Positions 37,115 to 46,736 are shown, numbered from the stretch's first letter. The stretch is 64,000 bases of DNA from Thermoanaerobaculia bacterium (GCA_963715895.1 OY970284.1:2441484-2505483), one strand, 5' to 3'. Numbers and translations are program-made. Notes: generated from the sequence alone by a model not told the origin.

Positions 37115-38224
37115 TTAGTCCGCCGCCGAGTTGTTATCTGCAGTAGGCCAGCGAGTGCTCGAGTAGCCCACGTGCGATCGTTGCGGAACGCGACGCTTTC
37201 CCGGGTCGAAGGGATACCACTCGACTTTCTTCGCGACCATGAGTGAAACGAGAGGCAAGCATAGAGGCTCACCTAAGTTGCGCCGAATGTGGGCGAGCAG
37301 GAAAGCGACCGACGCCGACGCGTTCAGCCATTCGGCAACATCTTCAATCGTAAACGCCAACGCAGGTGGATCAAAATGTGCGAAATGATTTCGAACGTCT
37401 TTGAGGCGAATGAACTGATTGATTTCGCCTGGACATTTCTCGAGAGGCTTTCCCGTGATCTTGCCGACCCATCTCAACTTGTCGCGTATGCTTTGCCCAT
37501 GAGTCGGGCCGAGTGACTCTGGGTCGAACGTCCATCCATGGCTCGCGGCCTCGTACTTCGCCCGGTAATAGAGTTGATGCAGCGTGTTATCTACGGCCGC
37601 GACCACTGTGCTGAAATAGGCGAACAGTTCGCGAAGCCACTCGTCCTCGAACATCAAGTCTGACCGCTCGACAAGGTTCCTGTATATCTCCATCCAGGCT
37701 TGCAGCAATACCAGTTGAAGAGAGGAGAACGCCCGTCCTTCACGATCGAGCTGTGGTACAACAGGAAACGAGTCGGAAACTGCGGTCGGAAACATGAACG
37801 TAAGCGCTTCATCAAGCTTTTCGTTGCACGGCGCGTGAAATTTTGGCGCGGCAGCAACGGACGCGTCAAGCCAACCTGAGATGAGCGGTGGAAAGTTGAA
37901 ACGGCCGGGATCGAATGTCTGATGATCTGCTAGCTGATCGCAAATCGACTGCCAGCGAAACGGACGCGTGATCTGTTGCGTTTTCTCACGTTTCCATCTG
38001 AACACCAGCCAATCAGCCTCTCTCCATTTCGTGAAGGACATTGTCTGTTTGTAGTACGACTCAAGAATCATCGAAGTCGTGGCGCGAACGCGCGCCTTGT
38101 CCGGAGGTCCTATCTGAAAACGAAGAGGATAGTACGTGCCCCGCGTGGCTAAAGGACTCGTAGTCATGTCGTACGTGAGTTCGTCATCCATCGAGACGAA
38201 TTGTATGAGATTGCGGGCTTCCAT
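37115..38224 (-). CDS. hypothetical 369-aa protein in low-GC islet; carries an R-N-x-x-A-H motif (DVRNHFAHF) like HEPN / AbiD-AbiF (Abi_2) abortive-infection proteins
   Basis: GC about 50-55% versus about 68% for neighbours. Motif RNHFAH about 100 aa from the C-terminus. No other recognisable domain. Family assignment is inference only. Confidence 0.5.
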   Translation of the reverse strand: MEARNLIQFVSMDDELTYDMTTSPLATRGTYYPLRFQIGPPDKARVRATTSMILESYYKQTMSFTKWREADWLVFRWKREKTQQITRPFRWQSICDQLADHQTFDPGRFNFPPLISGWLDASVAAAPKFHAPCNEKLDEALTFMFPTAVSDSFPVVPQLDREGRAFSSLQLVLLQAWMEIYRNLVERSDLMFEDEWLRELFAYFSTVVAAVDNTLHQLYYRAKYEAASHGWTFDPESLGPTHGQSIRDKLRWVGKITGKPLEKCPGEINQFIRLKDVRNHFAHFDPPALAFTIEDVAEWLNASASVAFLLAHIRRNLGEPLCLPLVSLMVAKKVEWYPFDPGKRRVPQRSHVGYSSTRWPTADNNSAAD

Positions 38225-38481
38225 GCCGAGGCAGCCACATGCAGATTGGTGTGACCCCGGTAGCTCTAGCCACGATTGGGGTCAGGTCTAAAGTCGAAAG
38301 TTCCGAAAGACCAAAGATGAAAGCGACCCGTCTGAATCGGTACCTTCGGATTTAGACCTGATAGGCTCCCTTATCGTTCGTGGTAGAGGCGCGAATGAGA
38401 AGAGAAGGCCTACCACTCCGCCACCTATGCCTGGTATGGTACCCTCTTACTTCCACAGAGATTGCACGCGAAAGGAAGGTA

Positions 38482-39156
38482 ATGGTCGAAGCCAATCCGA
38501 GTCAAGTCAAGAGTGCCTGGATCGCGGCTCTTGCCACGATCCTCGCAGCGGTCATCGGTGCTGGTGCCCTGATACTTGTGAACAGCCACAGGAATCAAGA
38601 AAGTCAGCATCAGGAGATCGCAGCTCTACAGCATGAAGCAACCACACTTCGTGGCGAACTGGAACAGAAAACCAAGGAAGTCAACACGCTCTCCGCTTCT
38701 CTCGCAACGAAGCGGAACCAACCTGCCCCGGGCCAGTTGACTGCGGGACCTGGAGCAACGGATTCCGCCAGCTTAGCGACGACAACAGGCGACGACAATG
38801 GCTTTGTGCTCGTGCTTGATCGATGCGTGCGCGCTGGACCAGCGGTGACGTGCAGCATGACCTTTCGGAATACTGGAGTTGAACGTCGTCTCATGATCGA
38901 ACTGGGTGATGGAAACACTCACGCTCTTGACGACCAGGGGATCCAGCGTGTCGCGCCAGAGGGGGAAGTCGCCGGAGTACATGGAGACTGGCCGTCCGTC
39001 GTTGTGCCTTCCGGTCTCACCGTTCCCGTAAAGATCCGTTTTCGAGACATCCCCGGTTCGGTGAAACAATTCGCTTTCATGAACGTGCAGTTTTCGCACA
39101 GCGATGGAAATGGGGGGCATCATATAGAACTACGCTCGATCCCAATCGTGAATTGA
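38482..39156 (+). CDS. membrane-anchored hypothetical protein (N-terminal TM, coiled coil, C-terminal beta-rich domain) in low-GC islet
   Basis: MVEANPSQVKSAWIAALATILAAVIGAGALILV then EIAALQHEATTLRGELEQKTKEVNTLSASL. SD aggaagg before ATG 38482. Divergent from the 37115..38224 gene. Confidence 0.5.
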   Translation: MVEANPSQVKSAWIAALATILAAVIGAGALILVNSHRNQESQHQEIAALQHEATTLRGELEQKTKEVNTLSASLATKRNQPAPGQLTAGPGATDSASLATTTGDDNGFVLVLDRCVRAGPAVTCSMTFRNTGVERRLMIELGDGNTHALDDQGIQRVAPEGEVAGVHGDWPSVVVPSGLTVPVKIRFRDIPGSVKQFAFMNVQFSHSDGNGGHHIELRSIPIVN

Positions 39157-39230
39157 GGCAACAGGGCGAGTTGTTTGGAGTTTGGGCCGTATCTGGAAAA
39201 TCAATTTAGCTGGCGGCCCCCAATCCAAGT

Positions 39231-39515
39231 TTACATTGAATTCCAGGCATCCACACCAGATCCATCAGCGACGCACCTATCCAGTGCCTCGAGCGCTTCA
39301 GCAGTCGAAATGGGATTGCGGCGCTCGGCTCTACGGAGCAATCTCGAAACCGCCCTCCTCCGACCGGCTGGGTCGTTGATAGGGCGGTGCTCACGGTGTG
39401 CCTCCGCAAGAGCGGCTCGGCGAACAAAGGAGCTACGCGTCTCGCCGGCCTTGCGTGCCGCAGCGTCAATGACCCGGAGATCGGTCTCGGGCAGTGAAAC
39501 GAGAACCTTGCGCAT
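39231..39515 (-). CDS. ribbon-helix-helix (CopG/antitoxin-like) DNA-binding protein
   Basis: MRKVLVSLPETDLRVIDAAARKAGETRSSFVRRAALAEA = RHH signature. Start at ATG 39515. Confidence 0.55.
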   Translation of the reverse strand: MRKVLVSLPETDLRVIDAAARKAGETRSSFVRRAALAEAHREHRPINDPAGRRRAVSRLLRRAERRNPISTAEALEALDRCVADGSGVDAWNSM

Positions 39516-39531
39516 CCAAATAGTATATCTA

Positions 39532-39543
39532 ACGGATATCCGT
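39532..39543. promoter_or_regulatory. perfect palindrome ACGGATATCCGT in an AT-rich stretch 17-28 bp upstream of the RHH gene; candidate autoregulatory operator
   Basis: Sequence aaatagtatatctaACGGATATCCGTagagg; RHH repressors typically bind such inverted repeats. Confidence 0.3.
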
Positions 39544-39622
39544 AGAGGTTGGTTCTTCCGCTTCGCGCCTTCGCGGCTTCGCGTGAGATCGATGTTCACG
39601 CGAAGCGCAGATATCCACTGCC

Positions 39623-39889
39623 TCACACCATCGCGCAACGCGCTTCCGTCGCGATCGGATCCTCACCTGCTTCCGTGAGGATGATCTCGTACAGTGCGAG
39701 CGTGTCGGCGATGAGGGCGTCGTCGATGCGGCGTACGGCGTGGCCTTCATGTTCGAGGATGTAGTCGCCGACGGCGAGCTCCCCGTGGAGCAGGTCGAGC
39801 TGCACTTCGCGGGTCATGCCCCAGAAATCACATTCGACGACTGTTTCATCGATGAACCGGACAATCTGGCCAGGAGCTCCGAGACACAT
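39623..39889 (-). CDS. hypC: HypC/HybG/HupF-family [NiFe]-hydrogenase maturation chaperone (orphan)
   Basis: Begins MCLGAPGQIVRF... (conserved N-terminal Cys2 of HypC); 88 aa; ...GDYILEHEGHAVRRIDDALIADTLALYEIIL. No other hyp/hydrogenase genes in the window. Confidence 0.75.
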   Translation of the reverse strand: MCLGAPGQIVRFIDETVVECDFWGMTREVQLDLLHGELAVGDYILEHEGHAVRRIDDALIADTLALYEIILTEAGEDPIATEARCAMV

Positions 39890-39968
39890 GACGCACCTCC
39901 GAGCCGTGACGATCGCATGCGGCCGGGTTGGCGTCGAGATCGGACCGCACACGTCCACGTGATTCGCG

Positions 39969-40510
39969 TCACGCGGAGGCGCGAAGCACTTATGGAGGGC
40001 GGTTGTGCGCGGAGGCGCGGACCACAATTCAGCCCCGCGCTCGGCGCAGCGCGAGCGCGGGGAATCGGTGGTGATGTGGAAGTGCGGCCGCGGAGGCGGC
40101 CGCTACAAGCTGTGCGGATCCGCTTCTGTTGCGAATTGGGCGGCGTTGTCCCGGCCGCCTCCGCGGCCGGCAAATGGGCGACCCCTCGTACCCCGCGCTC
40201 GCGCTACGCAGAGCGCGGGGCTGGATTGTGGAGCGCGCCTTCGCGCGAACCGGGAGCGCTGGCGCCAATCGCGTTTGGTTGTGGGCGATAGCCCGCGGAG
40301 TCAGGGGCGGCGCGGGCCGGGGGCGAGACCTCAGCGCTCCGCAAACCACCGCCCCGCCCGGCAAGATGCCAAACGTCTGCGGTAACCCGGCGGCGGGACG
40401 CACGCCGGGCCAGCCGGCGAGACGCCAGCGCTCCGGAAAACCCCCGCCGCCCGACCCGGTGAGACGCCACGGCTCTTTTTCTCCGCGTCTCCGCGTCTTC
40501 GCGTGAAACC
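39969..40510. repeat. 540-bp non-coding region: GCGGAGRC-family arm (39969-40023), GC-rich hairpins ccccgcgctcg...cgagcgcgggg (40033-40059, 40184-40211), about 100-nt direct repeat (ggcgagacNNcagcgctccgNaaaccNccgccNcgcccgg, at about 40322 and 40419), and matching right arm tttttctccgcgtctccgcgtcttcgcgtgaaacc (40476-40510)
   Basis: Seen directly in sequence; same arm family as 20109 and 31983. Confidence 0.55.
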
Positions 40511-40512
40511 GT

Positions 40513-41301
40513 CTACCCCTTCCCCATCACCCGCTCCAGCTCTTCCCGCCGATTGCGGCTCAGCGGAAGCTCCGTTCCATCCTTCAGCCGCACCGCGTAG
40601 TCGCCGCCGGAGGCGCGGAGGAGGATGTCGATGCGGTCGAGGCGGACGATGGCGGAGCGGTGGAGGCGGAAGAAGAGGGCGGGGTCGAGCTTCTCTTCCA
40701 GCGTCTGCATCCGTTCGCGCACGGCGAAGGTCTTGTCGCCGGCGTGCAGTTCGGCGTAGGGACCGCTGGCGGTGATGTAGTCGATCTTCGACACCGGGAC
40801 GACGCGCATCTGGCCGCGCTGCTCCACCGGGATGCGGTCGAGGTAGTGGCGCTTCGGAGGTTCCGGCGCGGCGCTTTCGTGCAGGAGCGTGGCCAGTTGT
40901 TTCGTCAGGCGTTCCACCTGCCGCAGCTCGATGGTCTTGCGGGCCCGGGCCAGGGCCTGCGCGAAGCGCTCGTCGTCGAACGGTTTGACGAGATAGTCGA
41001 TGGCGGCCACCTCGAAGGCCTTCAGCGCGAACTGATCGAACGCGGTCACGAAGATCGTCACCGGCATCCGGTCGGCGCCGATGGCGGCGACGACTTCGAA
41101 GCCGGTCATGCCGGGCATCTGCACGTCGAGAAAGACGAGATCGGGTGCGAACTTTCGGATGGCCGCCACCGCTTCCGGCCCATTCGAGGCTGTACCGACG
41201 ACGTCCACGGACGGATCGCGGGCCAGGAGGTCCTCGATGCGCTGGCGCGCCAGAAGCTCGTCATCGGCGATGACGACGTGCAATGTCTTCGTCTCAGGCA
41301 T
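40513..41301 (-). CDS. LytTR-family response regulator (REC + LytTR DNA-binding)
   Basis: LHVVIADDELLARQRIEDLL...LDVQMPGMTGFEV; C-terminal LytTR (YLDRIPVEQRGQMRVVPVSKIDYITASGPYAELHAGDKTF). Confidence 0.85.
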   Translation of the reverse strand: MPETKTLHVVIADDELLARQRIEDLLARDPSVDVVGTASNGPEAVAAIRKFAPDLVFLDVQMPGMTGFEVVAAIGADRMPVTIFVTAFDQFALKAFEVAAIDYLVKPFDDERFAQALARARKTIELRQVERLTKQLATLLHESAAPEPPKRHYLDRIPVEQRGQMRVVPVSKIDYITASGPYAELHAGDKTFAVRERMQTLEEKLDPALFFRLHRSAIVRLDRIDILLRASGGDYAVRLKDGTELPLSRNRREELERVMGKG

Positions 41302-42436
41302 GCGTGTCCGTCCGGAAGGGAAGGATCATCTCCGCGATCGCTCCTCCCTCGCTGTGCGAGGTAAGAGTGAACGATGCCGCGTCACCGTACAACTCCGTGA
41401 GGCGTGCGCGGGTGTTGCCGAGACCGACGCCCGTGGCGGCGGCCGGCTCAACGCCGGGGCCGTTGTTGATTACGGTGATGACCAGCTCGTCATCGCGTCT
41501 GCGCGCCGCGATCGCGACGACACCCTCGCCGGTGGCGCGTGCGGCCCCGTGCTCGAGGGCGTTCTCGACGATCGGCTGGAGGATCAGGCGCGGGACGAAT
41601 GCCGCAAGCGTCTCCTGGCCGGCGTCGATGCTCGTTCGCAGATGCCCCTGGAAGCGTACTTCCATGATGTCGATGTAGCGGCGGAGAAACGACAGCTCCT
41701 GGCCGAGGGTCACCTCGTGCTCGGCTTCGCTGTCCATCGTCAGGCGCAGCAGCTCGCTGAGGCGGGCAATCATCCTCCGGACTCCGGCCGGATCGCGCTC
41801 CACCAGCGCGGCGATGGCGTGGAGGGTGTTGAAGAGGAAGTGTGGATTGAGCTGCATCCGCAGCGCGTCGAGGCGCGCGTCGGCAAGCTGGACCTGCAGC
41901 AGCGCGGCGCGCGCGCCGAGGGCGCTCGCTTCCCGGATGCGAAGCTGATCGCGGATGAAGTACTTGCGCGCGTAGCCCGCGATGAGCACGGCCACGAAGA
42001 CCAGGAAGTGATTCACGAAACGGAAGCGGCCGATGTCGCGCAGCGGCTCGAAGAGCGCCGGCGGCGGGCGATGCGCAACGGCTGTCTCGAAGAACTGTTC
42101 ACGCAGCTCGGCCAGGCCGGAGTAGACGATGACGGAGATGACGATCCCGATCGCGAGCAGAGCGGGGATCTGCACGACCCAGCGCGACCGCTCGATGCTG
42201 AAGCGGCTGCTGAGCCAGAAGACGAACGGCGTCAGCGCCGCCCAGATCCACGACTCGAGGAACGCCAGCGCGATCGGGCCGACCGGAGAGATGCCGCGAA
42301 AGCCGAATCCGCGCGGGTCGAGAAGACGGTTGACCGACGCAAGCGTCGCCAGCGACGTCCAGAAGACGAAGATGAAAAACAGCTCGCGGCGCGACAGTCG
42401 TCTCCAGGATGCCGTCATCACGCTCGAAACTAGCAC
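41294..42436 (-). CDS. LytS/AlgZ/YehU-type sensor histidine kinase (TM + His_kinase PF06580-like + HATPase_c)
   Basis: LNPHFLFNTLHAIAALV (H-box of this family), ...QPIVENALEHGAA...VINNGPGV. Several N-terminal TM helices. Overlaps the response-regulator start. Confidence 0.8.
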   Translation of the reverse strand: MLVSSVMTASWRRLSRRELFFIFVFWTSLATLASVNRLLDPRGFGFRGISPVGPIALAFLESWIWAALTPFVFWLSSRFSIERSRWVVQIPALLAIGIVISVIVYSGLAELREQFFETAVAHRPPPALFEPLRDIGRFRFVNHFLVFVAVLIAGYARKYFIRDQLRIREASALGARAALLQVQLADARLDALRMQLNPHFLFNTLHAIAALVERDPAGVRRMIARLSELLRLTMDSEAEHEVTLGQELSFLRRYIDIMEVRFQGHLRTSIDAGQETLAAFVPRLILQPIVENALEHGAARATGEGVVAIAARRRDDELVITVINNGPGVEPAAATGVGLGNTRARLTELYGDAASFTLTSHSEGGAIAEMILPFRTDTHA

Positions 42437-42607
42437 GAACGACGCCGTCCCCCGCCACGCTTCGTTTCACCGGCGTGCAGTTCATGACATGCCCGTGCAG
42501 ATCGATGAAAAGCCGAAAGGAAGGCCGCCGGCGATTTGTCGTGATGCACGACTGGCAACCAGCAGCAATCGATCGACAAACCCAAGCGCCAGCCAAGGAG
42601 AATCAAC

Positions 42608-43075
42608 ATGAAAAGCACCAGTAAATGGATCACCGCAGCAGCCGTCCTCGGGCTGTCAGCCACCCTCGCCTTCGCCGGTACCGGCATGGGCGAAGGGCAC
42701 GGTCATGGCTTCGAAGGCAAGGGGCGACATCACGGGTTCAGCAAGCTCGCCAGCAAGCTGAACCTCACCGATGCGCAGAAGGTGCAGTGGAAAGCGATCC
42801 GCAAGAGCTCGCACGAGCAGAATGCGGCGTTCTTTCAGCAGTCGCGCCAGACGTGGCAGGAACTTCACGCGGCGAAGAAAGCCGGCGACACGGCGAAGGC
42901 CGATTCACTCAAGCCGGCGCTTCAGTCGCAGCGCGCGCAGATGAAGCAGATCCGCGCCGCCGAGGAGCAGCAGTTCGTCAAGATCCTCACGCCGGAGCAG
43001 AGCGCGCAGTACCAGACCCTCAAGGCCGAGCGGGCCGCGCGTCATGCCGCACGTGAGTCGCAAGAGAAGAAGTAA
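42608..43075 (+). CDS. Spy/CpxP-family periplasmic protein (LTxxQ motifs)
   Basis: Signal peptide MKSTSKWITAAAVLGLSATLAFA. LNLTDAQK and LTPEQSAQ LTxxQ repeats; His/Gly-rich N-terminus (GEGHGHGFEGKGRHHG). Confidence 0.7.
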   Translation: MKSTSKWITAAAVLGLSATLAFAGTGMGEGHGHGFEGKGRHHGFSKLASKLNLTDAQKVQWKAIRKSSHEQNAAFFQQSRQTWQELHAAKKAGDTAKADSLKPALQSQRAQMKQIRAAEEQQFVKILTPEQSAQYQTLKAERAARHAARESQEKK

Positions 43076-43099
43076 GCAGCACGCATCGCAGCAGTGAAT

Positions 43100-43127
43100 G
43101 AGGAGGCGGCGACGCCTCCTTTTTTTG
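43100..43127 (+). terminator. Rho-independent terminator after the spy/cpxP-like gene
   Basis: gaggaggcg-gcga-cgcctcct followed by ttttttt. Confidence 0.65.
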
Positions 43128-43136
43128 GCCTTCGGC

Positions 43137-43335
43137 GTTGTCGGTTATCGGGGCGGTTATCGGTTATCGGTTGTCGGTTGTCTGGGGCGCGGTAGGTAGA
43201 AGGGTGGGGAATCGGAGTTTCGGATCACACCAACGTCTGACCTCCGACAACCGACAACCGACAACCGACAACCGACAACCGACAACCGACAACCGACAAC
43301 CGATAACCGACAACCGACAACCGATAACCGATAAC
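43137..43335. repeat. large inverted repeat whose arms are tandem CGGTTRT / YAACCGA heptamers (about 5 on left, 12 consecutive on right) separated by about 63 bp
   Basis: Left gttgtcggttatcggggcggttatcggttatcggttgtcggttgtc. Right gacaaccga(caaccga)x6 taaccgacaaccgacaaccgataaccgataaccgacgac. Same heptamer as the cheR-cheB hairpin. Confidence 0.8.
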
Positions 43336-43457
43336 CGACGACCCAACCCCACCCAAAACACCCCAGTGCAGTCCATGCCATGCCTGTGCAACTCGCGTAA
43401 ATCACGCAAGCGGCGGCATTTGTGCAGTGTTAGAGCGTAACGAAGGGAGTAAGGGTC

Positions 43458-44759
43458 ATGAAACGCAAATTGATCATCGGAGCCATCCTGGTCGCCGTCC
43501 TCGGCACCACCGGTGTTTTCGTCTATCGCGACGCGTTCGCGAAGCCGGCGGCAGCATTCCGGTTCGTCACCGTGGAGCGCGGCAATCTGCAGCAGTCGGT
43601 CTCCGCTACCGGAACGCTCGGCGCGGTGACGACGGTCAGCGTCGGCACGCAGGTCTCGGGACAGGTTGCCCAACTGCTCGTCGACTATAACGATGTGGTG
43701 AAAAAGGGCCAGCTCCTGGCGCGGATCGATCCGACTCTGGCGCAGCAGGGGGTCGTCGATGCGCAGGCCAATCTCGACAAGGTGCGGGCGCAGCTCCTTC
43801 AGGGGCAGCGCGACAACAACCGCAACCGTGAGCTGAACACCGATGGCCTGCTGGCCAAGAGCGCCTTCGAGCAGAGCCAGTCATCGGTCGAGGTGGCGCA
43901 AGCGGATGTGAAGTCGGCTCAGGTGGCGCTTGACCGCGCGCGGCAGAATCTCGCCTACACCAATATCTACGCGCCGATCGACGGCGTCGTCGTCGACCGC
44001 AACGTGCAGCAGGGGCAGACCGTCGCGGCCAGCCTCTCGGCGCCGCAGCTCTTCCTGATCGCCAACGATCTCGCGCACATGCAGATCCTGGCGCAGGTGG
44101 GGGAGAGCGACATCGCCCAGATCAAGGAAGGGGAGCCGGTGTCGTTCAGCGTGCAGGCGCTGCCGAACCAGAAATTCAACGGAACCGTGCAGCAGGTCCG
44201 TCTGCAGTCGACGGTGGCCGACAACGTCGTCGACTACACCGTCGTCATCGCCGTCGACAACGCTCAGAACAAGCTTCTGCCGGGCATGACGGCACGCGTC
44301 GATCTCCAGACGCAGTCTGCCACGAACGTGCTGAAGGTCTCGAACGCGGCACTGCGCTTCAAGCCGACCGATGAACAGCTCGCGCAGCTCGGCGTACAGA
44401 AGGCGGCCGCTCCCGCGAAGACCACGACAACATCCACAGCGACGTCGACGATGTCGCCTGCCGAGCGCGCGGCGCGGAAAGCGGCGCGGGGCGGGCAAAG
44501 GCCCTCGATCGCCACGCTTTACTACCTCGACCAGAACGGCAAGCTTGCCTCCGCGAACGTCGCCACCGGCGTGAGCGACGGAACGTCGACCGAGATCAAG
44601 ACGCGCGGTGACTCCGTCATCAAGGAAGGGACGAACGTCGTAGCCGGTATCGCAGCGCCGTCGACTGCCACCGCTGCCACCGCCACCACCGGCTCGTCCG
44701 CGAGCCCGTTCACCCCAAGCGGAGGGCAGCAGCGTCCTGGAAGCCGGGGAGGCATCTAA
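43458..44759 (+). CDS. macA: HlyD/MacA-family periplasmic adaptor subunit of a tripartite efflux system
   Basis: N-terminal TM anchor, long coiled-coil (LAQQGVVDAQANLDKVRAQLLQGQRDNNRNRELN...), lipoyl/beta-barrel motifs (IYAPIDGVVVDRNVQQGQTV). Confidence 0.8.
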   Translation: MKRKLIIGAILVAVLGTTGVFVYRDAFAKPAAAFRFVTVERGNLQQSVSATGTLGAVTTVSVGTQVSGQVAQLLVDYNDVVKKGQLLARIDPTLAQQGVVDAQANLDKVRAQLLQGQRDNNRNRELNTDGLLAKSAFEQSQSSVEVAQADVKSAQVALDRARQNLAYTNIYAPIDGVVVDRNVQQGQTVAASLSAPQLFLIANDLAHMQILAQVGESDIAQIKEGEPVSFSVQALPNQKFNGTVQQVRLQSTVADNVVDYTVVIAVDNAQNKLLPGMTARVDLQTQSATNVLKVSNAALRFKPTDEQLAQLGVQKAAAPAKTTTTSTATSTMSPAERAARKAARGGQRPSIATLYYLDQNGKLASANVATGVSDGTSTEIKTRGDSVIKEGTNVVAGIAAPSTATAATATTGSSASPFTPSGGQQRPGSRGGI

Positions 44760-45514
44760 TGAGCGACGTCGTCATCGAAACGCGGCAGATCACGAAGACG
44801 TACGAGAGCGGATCGAAGAGCGGGTCGAATTCCGTGCATGCCTTGCGCGGAATCGACCTGACCGTCAACCGCGGCGAGTTCATCGCCGTGATGGGCACCT
44901 CGGGCTCAGGCAAGTCGACGCTGATGAACGTCCTCGGATGCCTCGATACGCCGACGTCGGGCTCCTATCTGCTCGACGGCGTGCATGTCGAGTCGCTCGG
45001 CAAGAACGAGCTCGCGGCCATCCGCAATCAGAAGATCGGCTTCGTTTTCCAGGGGTTCAACCTGCTGGCGCGCACGAGTGCGGTAGAAAACGTGCAGCTT
45101 CCGTTGCTCTATGACCGCAGCGGCAAGAAGCGCGACACGCATGCTCTTGCCATCGCCGCGCTGGAGAGCGTCGGACTGGGAGAGCGCGTCGATCACGAGC
45201 CGAGCGAGCTCTCGGGCGGGCAGCAGCAGCGCGTAGCCATCGCACGCGCGCTGGTCACCGAGCCGGCCATCATTCTCGCCGACGAGCCGACCGGCAATCT
45301 CGACTCGCACACGTCGGTGGAAGTGATGGCGCTGTTTCAAGCGCTGAATGACAAGGGCATCACCATCGTCCTGGTCACGCACGAGCCCGACATCGCCGTC
45401 TACGCAAAGCGAATCGTTGAATTCCGCGACGGCAGCATTCGCCGCGACGAGCTCGTGAAGGAGCGCCGCAACGCGGCCAGGGATCTCGAAGAGGAAGAAA
45501 GGAGCGCAGCATGA
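44759..45514 (+). CDS. ABC transporter ATP-binding protein (MacB/LolD type)
   Basis: Walker [11 protein letters not shown]-loop, signature [15 protein letters not shown], Walker [13 protein letters not shown]. Start overlaps macA stop (TAATG). Confidence 0.85.
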   Translation: MSDVVIETRQITKTYESGSKSGSNSVHALRGIDLTVNRGEFIAVMGTSGSGKSTLMNVLGCLDTPTSGSYLLDGVHVESLGKNELAAIRNQKIGFVFQGFNLLARTSAVENVQLPLLYDRSGKKRDTHALAIAALESVGLGERVDHEPSELSGGQQQRVAIARALVTEPAIILADEPTGNLDSHTSVEVMALFQALNDKGITIVLVTHEPDIAVYAKRIVEFRDGSIRRDELVKERRNAARDLEEEERSAA

Positions 45515-46728
45515 AGATCCAGATTCTCGTGAAGCTCGCCCTCCAGGCAATCCGCAAGAACAAGATGCGGGCGACACTGACGATGCTCGGCATCATCATC
45601 GGCGTGGCCGCGGTCATCGTGATGGTGGCCATCGGCTCCGGCGCCCGCGCCCGCATCCAGTCGCAGATCAACAACCTCGGCACGAACATGATCGTCATCA
45701 CGCCCGGTTCGGCCAATACCGCCGGCGTGAGCCAGGGCGCGCAGGCCTTTCCGACGCTATCGCTCGATGACGTGACCAAGATCCGCACCGAGGCGCAGTA
45801 CGTGACCGGCGTGTCCCCGGTCGTCGTCAGCAGATCGCAGGTGGTGGCGCAATCCGGAAACTGGCGGACGACGATCAACGGTGTCGATACCGACTACCAG
45901 ACCATCCGCGACTGGCAGACGGCCGACGGCGCTTTCTTCGGTGCCGACGACGTGCGCGGCCAGCGTGCCGTGGCCGTGGTCGGCCACACGGTGGCGCAGC
46001 GTCTCTTCGGCGACAACGAGCCGGTGGGTCAGGACATCCAGATCGCCAATTCGCCATTCAAGATCGTCGGCGTGCTGACGGTGAAGGGTCAGACCGCATC
46101 CGGCACCGACTCCGACGACGTGATCTTCGTGCCCTACACCACCGCCGCGGCGCGTCTCAACGGCAAGAGCCGCATCCCGCAGATCGTGGCCTCGGCGGGC
46201 TCCCAGCAGGACATCCCCGCCGCACAGGATGAGATTCGCGGCCTCGTGCGCGAGTCACATCGTCTGGCCAGCGGCGACGAAGACGACTTCACGGTCCGCA
46301 ATCAGACTGATCTTGCCCAGGCGGCAGAGAGCTCGACCACCGTGATGACCATGCTTCTCGCGGCCATCGCCTCGATCTCGCTGCTCGTCGGCGGCATCGG
46401 CATCATGAACATCATGCTGGTGTCGGTCACCGAGCGAACCCGCGAGATCGGCATCCGCCTGGCCATCGGCGCCCGCGGCTCCGACGTCCTCACGCAGTTC
46501 CTCGTGGAGAGCATCGTCATGGGCATCCTCGGCGGCGCCATCGGTCTCGCGGTCGGCGTCACCGGCGCCAAGGTGCTCGGCCATTTCACCGGATGGGAGA
46601 CCGTGATCTCCCCGATCGTGATGCTGATCGCCATCGGCTTCTCCGGCGCGGTCGGGGTGTTCTTCGGCTACTACCCGGCAAGAAAGGCGGCGGCACTGAA
46701 TCCGATTCAGGCGCTGCGGTATGAGTGA
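45511..46728 (+). CDS. ABC transporter permease, MacB/FtsX family
   Basis: N-terminal TM (LTMLGIIIGVAAVIVMVAIGSGA), large periplasmic domain, C-terminal FtsX 3-TM bundle (...IGIRLAIGARGSDVLTQFLVES...). Confidence 0.8.
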   Translation: MKIQILVKLALQAIRKNKMRATLTMLGIIIGVAAVIVMVAIGSGARARIQSQINNLGTNMIVITPGSANTAGVSQGAQAFPTLSLDDVTKIRTEAQYVTGVSPVVVSRSQVVAQSGNWRTTINGVDTDYQTIRDWQTADGAFFGADDVRGQRAVAVVGHTVAQRLFGDNEPVGQDIQIANSPFKIVGVLTVKGQTASGTDSDDVIFVPYTTAAARLNGKSRIPQIVASAGSQQDIPAAQDEIRGLVRESHRLASGDEDDFTVRNQTDLAQAAESSTTVMTMLLAAIASISLLVGGIGIMNIMLVSVTERTREIGIRLAIGARGSDVLTQFLVESIVMGILGGAIGLAVGVTGAKVLGHFTGWETVISPIVMLIAIGFSGAVGVFFGYYPARKAAALNPIQALRYE

Positions 46729-46736
46729 CGGAGGCC

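Noticed and set aside
39175-39678. 167-aa + strand ORF overlapping the RHH gene
   Set aside because: It is antisense to an ORF with a clear RHH signature and promoter-like palindrome. Ser/Arg-rich and low complexity.
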